DNA of 32,000 nucleotides from an uncultured Chloroflexia bacterium (GCA_963718915.1 CAVRAI010000007.1:150001-182000), one strand, 5' to 3'; shown: positions 9,385-17,575, counted from the stretch's first letter. Notes: generated by a model from the letters alone, not told the origin. A program made the numbers and translations.

Positions 9385-9924
9385 ATGCCAACTGAAGCAA
9401 AGAGCGCCCTCATCGATGAGATGCAGGAGAAGCTGGAGCGGGCGCGTGGCGCTGTCTTGCTGACGACGCAGGGGCTGACGGTGTCCGAGGTGACGGAACT
9501 GCGGCGCAAACTACGCGCGGCGGGGCTGGAACTGCACGTCATCAAGAACACGCTGCTGCGTATCGCGTCTGAGCGCGCGCATTATCAGGATCTCTCGGAG
9601 CTGTTGCACGGCCAAACGGCGATTGCCCTCAGCTTCGACGACGAGATCGCGGCGGCCAAAGCGATCGCGGATTACCTGAAGACGGCGCGCACCGGCAAGC
9701 CGCTGACGATCAAGGCGGGTATTCTGGAGCTGGCGCCCATCTCGGCCAAGCAGGTTGAGGAGCTGGCGAAGATTCCGGGCAAAGACCAGTTGCGTGGCCA
9801 GGTGGTCGGGACGATTCATGGGCCGCTCAACCAGCTCTATGGCCTGTTGACTGCGCCAATGCGCGATCTGGTCAACGTGCTGGAGGCTCGCGTCCGCCAG
9901 CTTGGCGGCGAGCAGGCTGCCTAG
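9385..9924 (+). CDS. rplJ: 50S ribosomal protein L10
   Basis: MPTEAKSALIDEMQEKLERARGAVLLTTQGLTVSEVTELRRKLR. GGAGGGGAGGAA RBS before ATG 9385. The track start at 9325 is an upstream extension. Confidence 0.93.
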   Translation: MPTEAKSALIDEMQEKLERARGAVLLTTQGLTVSEVTELRRKLRAAGLELHVIKNTLLRIASERAHYQDLSELLHGQTAIALSFDDEIAAAKAIADYLKTARTGKPLTIKAGILELAPISAKQVEELAKIPGKDQLRGQVVGTIHGPLNQLYGLLTAPMRDLVNVLEARVRQLGGEQAA

Positions 9925-10046
9925 CGCCCTGTGGCGCGGTATGCCCATCTGAGCGCGGGCTGGTGATGTCCGCGAGAACGAGAACGAGATTACTAACAAG
10001 CGCGTGAGGCTGAGAAGATGCCGCCACGCCGAAAGGAAAAATTACC

Positions 10047-10442
10047 ATGGCCGTTGATGTGGAGAAGATTATCGAACAGCTTGATAGCATGAGCGTGCTC
10101 GATCTGGTCAAGCTGAGCCAGGCCCTGCAGGAGAAGTGGGGCGTGAGCGCGGCGCCAGTGATGGCCGCTGGCATGATGCCCGCCGCTGGTGGCGCCGGAG
10201 CCGCTGAGGCGGCCCCCGCCGCCGAGGAGCAGACCGAGTTCGACGTCGTGCTGACCGAGATCGGCCCGAACAAGATCAACGTCATCAAGGCGGTGCGCGA
10301 GCTGACCGGCCTGGGCCTGAAAGAGGCGAAGGACGTGGTCGAGGCTGCGCCGAAGGCTGTCAAGGAGGGCGTCGCGAAGGAAGAGGCTGCCGCCGCCAAG
10401 ACCAAGCTCGAAGAGGCTGGCGCGAAGGCCGACGTCAAGTAA
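10047..10442 (+). CDS. rplL: 50S ribosomal protein L7/L12
   Basis: N-terminal dimerisation helix, Ala/Pro-rich hinge, C-terminal [24 protein letters not shown]. Confidence 0.95.
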   Translation: MAVDVEKIIEQLDSMSVLDLVKLSQALQEKWGVSAAPVMAAGMMPAAGGAGAAEAAPAAEEQTEFDVVLTEIGPNKINVIKAVRELTGLGLKEAKDVVEAAPKAVKEGVAKEEAAAAKTKLEEAGAKADVK

Positions 10443-10459
10443 CGGACCTCTCCCCCTAC

Positions 10460-10482
10460 CCCCTCCCCTAGCAGGGGAGGGG
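10460..10482 (+). terminator. perfect G/C hairpin just after rplL (no U-tract)
   Basis: CCCCTCCCCT (10460-10469), loop AGC, AGGGGAGGGG (10473-10482). Confidence 0.35.
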
Positions 10483-10605
10483 CCGCAGACCAGCATGGTC
10501 GGCGAATGGGGAGTCATGTCTCACGGCAAACAGACATCCCCGGTGGGAACGCTCACACGCGCTGCCATCGGGGATTGTCGTATTCAGCAGTGATACTGAT
10601 TTCGG

Positions 10606-10737
10606 GTGAGTTGTTGTGGTTCAGACGCCCATCGTAGCCTGAAGGCCACGGCGAATTTCCTCGGCCGCAGCCTCGTCCACCCATTCGCCGTAGCGTTGAC
10701 GCTACGGCTTGCCTGCCCTCGAAACCACCAACAACCC
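10606..10737 (-). repeat. structured intergenic repeat, copy B (inverted relative to copies A and C)
   Basis: Reverse complement carries GCAAGCCGTAGCGTCAACGCTACGGCGAATGGG...GGAAATTCGCCGTGGCC-TTCA-GGCTACG. Bracketed by the imperfect inverted repeat GAGTTGTTGTGGTT (from 10608) / AACCACCAACAACCC (to 10737). Confidence 0.7.
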
Positions 10738-10939
10738 AGACGGATTTCGTATGATTTCGTGTGTGTGATGAGTACCCAATCGGTTGCTCAACAACGGCTG
10801 TGGCGCACCTATTCGCGATGGCGCCGAGCCAGACAGTTCCTGGCTACCGGTATCGTGGATGTCTGATCGCTGTACAGTGGCATGACGGACGGAGTATCAT
10901 GAAGCAACGCAGCGATCGATAGTGAAATCATGGAGCGTC

Positions 10940-11734
10940 ATGATGGCGGACATGTTATCCACACGGTTCAGGCGCTGGCAACTTGTCGGTGGCGTTGGAA
11001 TGGTCATCGTCTTGTCGCTGGCCGCTGGCGCCATCTTCATCCATCAGCATCAAGCGCAGTCGGTTGCGCAGACAAGCGCGCCAGCAGGTGTATGCGCTCC
11101 AAAGAGCGATGCCACAGTCACCACGTCTATTACTCCTCCAGACCTCACTCTGCCCGTAACGATCCCTCCCGGAGAGCCGCGTGTTGTCGCCACCGTGCAT
11201 GGCGATCCTCTCTATGCGGAGGGACTGGAGGAACGGGTCGAGGGGACGATTGCGAACCAGCAAAAAACGCTACGGCAGGCGCAACAGGCGCAACAGACGC
11301 TGCCTCCGAACATCCAGGCGTCTTTGGATCGGACACCGAATCAGATTCGCCACGACGCGCTCACACGGATGATTCAGGAATGCCTGCTGTTGCAACAGGG
11401 AAAACGTCTTGGCCTGACTGCCTCAATAGCCAGCGCGCAGGCAATGGCCCACCAGCAACTTCAATTCATCTATTCACTGCCGGCCTCCGACCAGGCGCGG
11501 GTCAGCTTCGAGGCTTATCTGCGCGTAAATCACCTGACCGAGCAAACGTTTCTGACCAACCCTGGTATCCTGGAAGGCTACAGGGATATCCTGACGATGA
11601 CAGCGGTGGAACAGCACATTCGCACCGGCTTACCAGCAGGCGAGTCATCGGAGACCGGAGTCAACGCCTACATTCAGCATCTGTGGCAGACCGGCCATGT
11701 ACACGTCTATTTGCCAGCACAGCTCGGTTGGTGA
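10940..11734 (+). CDS. membrane-anchored SurA-N-terminal-like chaperone-type protein (no PPIase domain evident)
   Basis: N-terminal TM (LVGGVGMVIVLSLAAGAIFI). The Gln-rich helical region ...IRHDALTRMIQECLLLQQGKRLGL... resembles SurA/PrsA N-terminal domains. GGAG 4 nt before ATG 10940. GTG 10922 is an alternative start. Confidence 0.55.
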   Translation: MMADMLSTRFRRWQLVGGVGMVIVLSLAAGAIFIHQHQAQSVAQTSAPAGVCAPKSDATVTTSITPPDLTLPVTIPPGEPRVVATVHGDPLYAEGLEERVEGTIANQQKTLRQAQQAQQTLPPNIQASLDRTPNQIRHDALTRMIQECLLLQQGKRLGLTASIASAQAMAHQQLQFIYSLPASDQARVSFEAYLRVNHLTEQTFLTNPGILEGYRDILTMTAVEQHIRTGLPAGESSETGVNAYIQHLWQTGHVHVYLPAQLGW

Positions 11735-11853
11735 ATCGCGCCGTGCCCCAGAGCGCAAAAATAGCCGAGATATCCAGCGTCTTGACCTCGTCCCCTGCCA
11801 CATGGTACCATCCTGCTCGTGAATACTTATCATCGCCAGACGCGCCGTCGTCG

Positions 11854-12075
11854 TCATGGGGTCGCGCGTCTCACCCTCCTGTGCAGGCCAACCAAGAATA
11901 GCTGATCGGCCGCGTAAGCCCGGCGCATTTGCTTACGCGGCGAGGTGAGGACAATGCGCCACTGCTCGTTTTCCGCCTTCCATGCCCATCGCGTGACGCG
12001 GAAATAGTGGCGTTGCCAGCGATAACTCCTCGCTTTGCCTCTTCCGTTCGCGGATTTGTATCCTAGCAAGTACAT
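11854..12075 (-). CDS. orphan 73-aa basic ORF (hypothetical; possibly a gene remnant)
   Basis: ATG 12075 immediately follows GGAGGAGG. The ORF contains a perfect 11-bp hairpin (11909-11941), which argues against normal coding sequence. Confidence 0.25.
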   Translation of the reverse strand: MYLLGYKSANGRGKARSYRWQRHYFRVTRWAWKAENEQWRIVLTSPRKQMRRAYAADQLFLVGLHRRVRRATP

Positions 12076-12201
12076 CCTCCTCCGCCGGGAAGCACGCTCT
12101 CCAACGTATCTATCGCCCTACCCGCATGCCCTCGCGCATGTTGCTGCCCGCGAAGACGACCTTCGCCGGGGCAGCTTCCCGGAAATGAGAGTTTTGTCGC
12201 T

Positions 12202-13449
12202 ATGAGCCTGCCATCTGTCTCGCCTGCCATCGAGTCGGCCGCCATCGAGATCGCGACGCCCGCAACCCAGCGCCGCTGGTCTATCGCGTTCGGCCTCTAT
12301 ACCGCCGCGACCAATCTCACATTCACCCAGGGCGTCTGGGTCATCTATCTCGCGCTGCACGGCTTCTCGCCGTTCGCCATTGGCCTCTTCGAGACCTGCT
12401 TTCATATCGCCAAGTTTCTCGCCGAGGCGCCCACAGGCATCTTCGCCGATCTGCTGGGGCGGCGGCTTAGCCTGGTCATCTCCGCGCTTTTGGTCGTCGG
12501 AGCGGAGTTGCTCTTTCTCGCGCCCACGCCCGCGATGATTGCCGCCAGCTTCGCCATTCAGGGCGTGGCGTTTGCCTTCCGTGGCGGCGCGGACAGCGCG
12601 CTCCTGTGGACGCTGGTCGAGCGCTCTGGCGATGAGAAGCGGGCCGCGCGCTATAGCCGTCTCTTCAGCCGGATGTTTGTCGTCATGTTGGTGACGCAGA
12701 CGGCGGGCGTCGCGACTGGCGGCTTCCTGCTCGGCTACGGGCAGGCGTTGCCGTTTGTCTTTACCAGCCTGGCCTCGGCGCTGGCGATCATCCCACTGCT
12801 GGCCCTGCCAGAGCAACGGATTCACAAAGCGCATCGCCCGCACCCACTGGCGCATCTACGCGAGGGAGTCCGCGCGGTTGGGCGCGATCCCGTGCTGCTA
12901 GGGCTGCTCTTGTTCTCCGGGCTGACGGCGGGCGTCATGACCACCATCGGCTACTACACGCAGCTGTACTATCACAGCATCGGCTTCTCGCTGGCCGCCA
13001 TCGGCCTGTTGCTGGCGATTCCGGTCGTGCCAGATGCGTTCTTCGCCGCCGCCGCGCCGCGGATCATGCGCTGGCTGCCGCGCCGCTGGGTGCTGGCGAT
13101 CTTCGTCGGCGCGCAAATGTTGGGGCTGCTGGCGCTGGCGACGCGCGTGCCCGTGCTGGCGCTCATCGGCTACCTGGGACTGCTGCACGTTGGCGACTCG
13201 GTGCTCTATCCCGCCATCAGCACGTATCTGAACGAGCGCAGCCCGGAGGCGCAGCGCGCGACGGTGCTCTCGCTGGAGACGGGCCTCTTCAGCGCCATCA
13301 TGATCGTGCTCTTCCCGCTCTTCGGCTTCGGCCTGACACGCATCGACTTCAGCGTCGCCTACCTGTGGACATTCGTGGCGCTCTTGCTCGGCATCGTCGG
13401 CATTGTCGCGCTGGTGTGTGCGCTCCGGCGACGGCAAAGGAGCGTATAG
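12202..13449 (+). CDS. MFS transporter
   Basis: 415 aa, about 12 hydrophobic helices. Loop motif between TM2 and TM3: GIFADLLGRRLSL. Confidence 0.85.
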   Translation: MSLPSVSPAIESAAIEIATPATQRRWSIAFGLYTAATNLTFTQGVWVIYLALHGFSPFAIGLFETCFHIAKFLAEAPTGIFADLLGRRLSLVISALLVVGAELLFLAPTPAMIAASFAIQGVAFAFRGGADSALLWTLVERSGDEKRAARYSRLFSRMFVVMLVTQTAGVATGGFLLGYGQALPFVFTSLASALAIIPLLALPEQRIHKAHRPHPLAHLREGVRAVGRDPVLLGLLLFSGLTAGVMTTIGYYTQLYYHSIGFSLAAIGLLLAIPVVPDAFFAAAAPRIMRWLPRRWVLAIFVGAQMLGLLALATRVPVLALIGYLGLLHVGDSVLYPAISTYLNERSPEAQRATVLSLETGLFSAIMIVLFPLFGFGLTRIDFSVAYLWTFVALLLGIVGIVALVCALRRRQRSV

Positions 13450-13652
13450 AACGCATGGGCCGAATGTCCCACCTGCGGTTTTGGAGACCCAATCGAAACA
13501 GTTCGCCATTGTTCCCTGGCTGAGGCGGGTGTCGTTGTGAAGGCCCGACATGGTTCACTACTGTCCGCATCAGCGCCGTTACAACCGCGTTTTGTCGTGG
13601 AATGTGTTGGGTCAAAACCGAGGGCAGCGGAACCTGCCGTTGGCGAGTCATT

Positions 13653-13954
13653 CTAGTAGGGCGTACAGCATACCAGTTCGAGGTGTCCGCCCATCGCTTC
13701 GAGGTAGCGGGCGAGGGTCGAGATGTAGAGTTCGGCCTGATGTTCGATGCGTGAGATTTGCGATTGCGGCACATCCAGCGCCTCGGCCAGTTGGGCTTGT
13801 GTGAAGGCTCTGGCTCGGCGCAGTTCGGCAAGTGACTGTTCGTAAGCAGCCTGCTCGCCCTCCGCCTCGCGGCGCCAGCCTCAGCGCGCCGTCGGCGTTC
13901 CGGATCACGGTCTGCCGCGCCGCGAATCTCCTTCCAGGGACGATGTCCTGCCAT
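13653..13954 (-). pseudogene. XRE/HigA-type antitoxin, reading frame broken by a single-nt shift
   Basis: AAGGAGAG RBS then ATG 13954: MAGHRPWKEIRGAADRDPERRRRAEAGA... The HTH part (EAEGEQAAYEQSLAELRRARAFTQAQLAEALDVPQSQISRIEHQAELYISTLARYLEAMGGHLELV, stop at 13653) is in the -1 frame. That frame is open only from about 13880 and has no start codon of its own. Confidence 0.7.
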
Positions 13955-13983
13955 GTGCTCTCCTTTATGAATCAACATAATCT

Positions 13984-14343
13984 CTAAATCAGACCTTCGG
14001 CGCGCAGCTCATCGAGATACTCGTCATAAAGCCGGTCAGCCTCAGGAATTGCTGTGCGATACCACTCAGCCCATTGCCCAGTCTTATTGCCGCCGAGCAG
14101 CAAGATCGCTGTGCGGCGCGGGTCGAATGCAAACAGAACGCGCAACTGACCTTCCGCGCTCACACGGAGTTCCTTCATCTGCGGCGCATGACGCGAGCTT
14201 CGTATCTCGCCAACAGTGGGCCGCTTCAGATTTGGCCCGTGCAACTCCAGAAGCTCGATGCGCCCAGCGAGCGCGTCTTGTTGTTCTGGCGTCAGCGCGT
14301 TGTACCACGACGCAAACGCATCCGTGCCTTCTACGCTCCACAT
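13984..14343 (-). CDS. type II toxin, RelE/ParE superfamily (HigB/Gp49-like, toxin-first operon)
   Basis: 119 aa. ...MKELRVSAEGQLRVLFAFDPRRTAILLLGGNKTGQWAEWY... is the typical core of this family. The antitoxin start lies 30 nt downstream. Confidence 0.8.
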   Translation of the reverse strand: MWSVEGTDAFASWYNALTPEQQDALAGRIELLELHGPNLKRPTVGEIRSSRHAPQMKELRVSAEGQLRVLFAFDPRRTAILLLGGNKTGQWAEWYRTAIPEADRLYDEYLDELRAEGLI

Positions 14344-14349
14344 GAGGTT

Positions 14350-14386
14350 ATTATAGCATAGATGTTATATATCACGCAAGATATAT
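14350..14386 (-). promoter_or_regulatory. toxin-antitoxin promoter with overlapping operator palindrome; predicted leaderless transcript
   Basis: Minus strand: TTGCGT (14379-14374), 18-nt spacer, TATAAT (14355-14350), then 6 nt to ATG 14343 with no SD. Palindrome ATATATC-ACGCAA-GATATAT at 14367-14386. Confidence 0.6.
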
Positions 14387-14390
14387 TTTC

Positions 14391-14489
14391 TTCGCCTACC
14401 TGTGGACGTTCGTGGCGCTCGTGCTCGGTAGCCTCGGCATCTTCACGCTGGTCTGGGTGCTGCGGCGAGAAGCGCATAGAAAGCACTAG
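14391..14489 (+). pseudogene. orphan 3' remnant of an MFS transporter gene
   Basis: Encodes FAYLWTFVALVLGSLGIFTLVWVLRREAHRKH*, compared with VAYLWTFVALLLGIVGIVALVCALRRRQRSV* at the end of MFS 12202..13449. DNA homology continues past both stops (13352-13497 vs 14393-14520). Confidence 0.75.
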
Positions 14490-14660
14490 CGAAGTGCTCC
14501 ACCTGCGGTCATGAGACTTGCCTTGCTGCAGATTTCCCTGCATACTAACCGCGCGTGGCAACGATGGCTTCCGCGACGGGAGTATATCTGTTGTCGCCAT
14601 AGTCTGTTTGATTACTGCATTGCCGGAACTAGTGCGTAGTTAAGAGAGTGAGACAACATT

Positions 14661-15200
14661 GTGGACATCAATGACCATGGACTCGATACCAAGCTACAGG
14701 AGTATATGTACCTGGTGCATAGAAATCAGCCAGCTGTACCAGTGCTTCGCGCAATGAAACTTCTCACGATCTGTGGTATCCCACGACTGACCGGTTGGCG
14801 CATTCGGATTGTGTGTGACGAAATCCTTAGCGAGCCGTCACTTGTGACGGAACGACTTCCTTGGGAAGATGCTCTGACGGAACTGAAACGGCTAGAATTT
14901 GTAACTGTCTCCTCTCCTGCCAATGGCGACATCGCGCTGACAATCTGCAATGACGCTTATTTCGAGCGTGTTGTGATCGATTACCCATCAGATAACCTAC
15001 GTGCCACACATCGCGCAAAGCTGCTGGACGTCTTTACATCCGACAGAGACAGCGATGGACTGTTTTACTTGGGAGCCACTTTGGCGGCTCGCAAAGCGCT
15101 GCCTCGATACGCTTCGACGGAGCGGCGGGCACACGGCAGCCGCTTAGCCTCTCGGCGCTGGGCATCGCGAACGAGCGCCATCGGCGTCAAAATCGGTTGA
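14661..15200 (+). CDS. hypothetical ORF in a lower-GC patch (probably a gene fragment)
   Basis: GTG start, no clear RBS. The 3' third runs into a degenerate copy of the neighbouring methyltransferase sequence read antisense, so the true coding extent is doubtful. Confidence 0.3.
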   Translation: MDINDHGLDTKLQEYMYLVHRNQPAVPVLRAMKLLTICGIPRLTGWRIRIVCDEILSEPSLVTERLPWEDALTELKRLEFVTVSSPANGDIALTICNDAYFERVVIDYPSDNLRATHRAKLLDVFTSDRDSDGLFYLGATLAARKALPRYASTERRAHGSRLASRRWASRTSAIGVKIG

Positions 15201-15840
15201 GCCTGGCTTCTCGTGAAGCGTCTTCTCTGGCAGCACATCCTCCAGCGTCACGGTGCAGCCATTCCTCCAGCGCTGCCGATACGCTTCGACGAGCGCGGGC
15301 GACCGGCAGCCGCGCCACTCGGCGCTGAGCATCGCGAAGAGGCCACTGGCCAAAACGGCATGTGAGCGCGCCACGCTTCGCAGTATAAACCAAGCTGGAT
15401 GCACTACCGACGCCAGCAGTCGGCCACCCGGCGTGAGAATCCTGTGACACTCGCCGGCATGGGCGCCTCAAGGCAATTCTACCATCGTCGCCAGAATCAG
15501 ATCGAAGCTGCCATCCGCAAATGGCAAGGCGATCCTGTACGTCGAGGGCGAGGTATTCAGCATCCTCGATGCCGAACGTGGCGCGCGCGATATCGACGAG
15601 CGCCTGCGCCTGGTCGCTGATGACGAGCCGGGCGGGCGTCTGGCCGGAGTAGCGCCGCAGCATGAGTGGCGCGAAGTAGCCATTGCCCGCGCCCAGTTCT
15701 AGAATTGCCTGGCCCTCGATGCGCCCACTCCTGTCGAGCAGCAGATCGTTGAGCACGTGGCGTTTGAATGCGCCACCGTGATAGCCGACGACGCGATGCC
15801 ACTGCTTCGCGATGCTGTTGTAGTATGCTGTGCGCGCTAT
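15144..15840 (-). pseudogene. class I SAM-dependent methyltransferase, multiply disrupted
   Basis: ILELGAGNGYF (motif I) and LPFADGSFDLILATMV (motif II) lie in different frames, with an extra nt at 15528-15529. In-frame TGA at 15470-15468. The expected start is ATA at 15840 after AGGA (ARTAYYNSIAKQW...). About 100 nt of internal duplication. Confidence 0.75.
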
Positions 15841-15945
15841 AGTGGCCTATCCTTCTCGATGAGGTGACGCAATCCAGCACGATAACCGCTGGCATGCCAG
15901 AGCATACCACCGGAATTGAGCGCCTATCCAGCGACAATACGCCGC

Positions 15946-16251
15946 CTAGTCGCCGGGCAGCTTGGCCGCCAGCACGTCAACCTGCTCGATGCTGGGCGGC
16001 TGCGCCAGCAGGTCGGATGCCTGCGCCATCAGCGCCGCCGCGACCCGCCCAGTCAGGTGCGCCTGGCGTCCCGCCTCATCGGGAAATGCGTCGAAGATGC
16101 CAAACGTGGATGGCCCCATCCGAATCGCGAACCACGCGGCCGTCGCGGGTTCCTCCCGCACGATGGGCAGGCCGCCCTTGAGGAAATTCTCGACATCAGC
16201 CTCTTTGCCCGGCTTCGCCTCCAGCCGTACCAGTAATGCCACCGTCACCAT
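15946..16251 (-). CDS. antibiotic-biosynthesis-monooxygenase (ABM/YgiN-like) family protein
   Basis: 101 aa. The pattern MVTVALLVRLEAKPGKEADVENFLKG...WFAIRMGPSTFGIFDAFPDEAGRQAH is typical of ABM-fold proteins. Confidence 0.7.
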   Translation of the reverse strand: MVTVALLVRLEAKPGKEADVENFLKGGLPIVREEPATAAWFAIRMGPSTFGIFDAFPDEAGRQAHLTGRVAAALMAQASDLLAQPPSIEQVDVLAAKLPGD

Positions 16252-16322
16252 CTTGCTGCTCCTTCGTCTTCGACCAGACTCAACATAGGTATCCTGCGCG
16301 GGATGATAGCGCCAGTGCGTCA

Positions 16323-16371
16323 GATATGCCAGATATCACGATATGCCAGCGATATGCCAGAGACATGCCAG
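16323..16371. repeat. four direct repeats GA(T/C)ATGCCAG, three of them phased at 11 nt
   Basis: Copies at 16323-16332, 16340-16349, 16351-16360 and 16362-16371 (the last is GACATGCCAG). They lie in the divergent region between the ABM gene and the M24 peptidase gene. Confidence 0.85.
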
Positions 16372-16467
16372 CGCTCTTAATGGCGCACATCTGCTATACT
16401 TCGTTCGCTGCAATACGATACGGTGACGCGATACAGCGGCGTCCACATCTGCCACAGGAGCTGCGTG

Positions 16468-17575
16468 ATGGAGAATGGCACAGCGCGACGCGACGAGGCG
16501 CATGCGAAACTGGCGCAACTGCGCGCCCTGATGACGTCCCGCGAGTTGGACGCTATCCTGCTGGAACAGACCCCGAACGTCGCCTGGCTCACCGCCGGAG
16601 CGGAGACCGCCATCAATATCGCGACGGATCGCGGCCCACTCGCGCTGCTGGTGACGCCGGAGCGCGCCTGTGTCGTCACCGATGGCGTCGAAGCGCCGCG
16701 ACTCGAAGCGGAAGAAGGACTGGTAGACCTTGGATTCGAGTTGGTCGTCGAGCCGTGGTATCGGCGCGGCGCGTTCATTGCCGCTATGCGGGAGCGCGAG
16801 CGGGTCGGCGGTGATGACGAGCGCGACCTGTCTACGGTGGCCCCGGACATCCAGCGGTTGCGTACGACACTGCAACCCAGCGAGGTCGGGCGGCTACGTT
16901 ATGCGTGCCTGCTGGCCGCCGATGTGCTGCGTGAGGTCGTTGCCCAGGTAACGCCCGGAATGACCGAGCATGCGATAGCCGGGCTGATCGACGGAGCGTC
17001 GCGCGCGCGGGGCGGCGTTGCGGTGGTCACGCTGGTCGGCAGCGACGAGCGCATCGCCGCCTATCGCCATCCACTGCCCACCGAGAAGGCCATCGAGCGG
17101 TACGTGATGCTGGTGCTGTGTCTGCGCTGGCGAGGATTGGTCGCCGCCACTACACGTCTGGTACACTTTGGCGCGCTGCCAGACGATCTGGAGACGCGGG
17201 CGCATGCCATCGCGGCGGTGGACGCGCGGCATGATTCAGGGTACCCAGGCGGGCCGCACCCTCGCCGACCAGTGGGCGCTGGCGGCGCGGGCCTATCGCG
17301 ACGCAGGGTATCCTGAAGCCATCGAGGAGCATCACCAGGGCGGCAGCATCGGCTATCTCACGCGCGAGCGGCTGGCGACGCCAGATGACACCACGCCTAT
17401 GGAACTGTCGCAGGCCTTCGCCTGGAATCCCTCAGTGCGCGGCGTCAAATCGGAGGATACAATATTGCTGACCGCCGATGGGCCAGAGGTGCTGACAGCA
17501 ATGCCAGAGTGGCCGACCTGGGATGTCACGCTCGACGGCCAGAGTTGGCCGCGCCCCGCCATTCTAATACGGTAG
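16468..17575 (+). pseudogene. M24-family (Xaa-Pro aminopeptidase/creatinase-like) peptidase with one apparent +1 frameshift
   Basis: N-terminal part is in the frame of ATG 16468 (AGGAG 7 nt upstream), up to ...AIAAVDAR. It continues as MIQGTQAGRTLADQW...HHQGGSIGYLTRE... in the +1 frame. One extra nt sits within 17227-17230 (GCGCGGCATG). Confidence 0.75.

Noticed and set aside
10930-11901. 323-aa plus-strand ORF
   Set aside because: Alternative frame of the SurA-N-like gene. Arg/Ser/Gly-rich junk, whereas the 10922/10940 frame gives a TM anchor and coherent helical domain.
12118-13551. Minus-strand ORFs 12118..12855 and 12898..13551
   Set aside because: Antisense to the MFS transporter. Arg/Gln/Asp-rich shadow frames.
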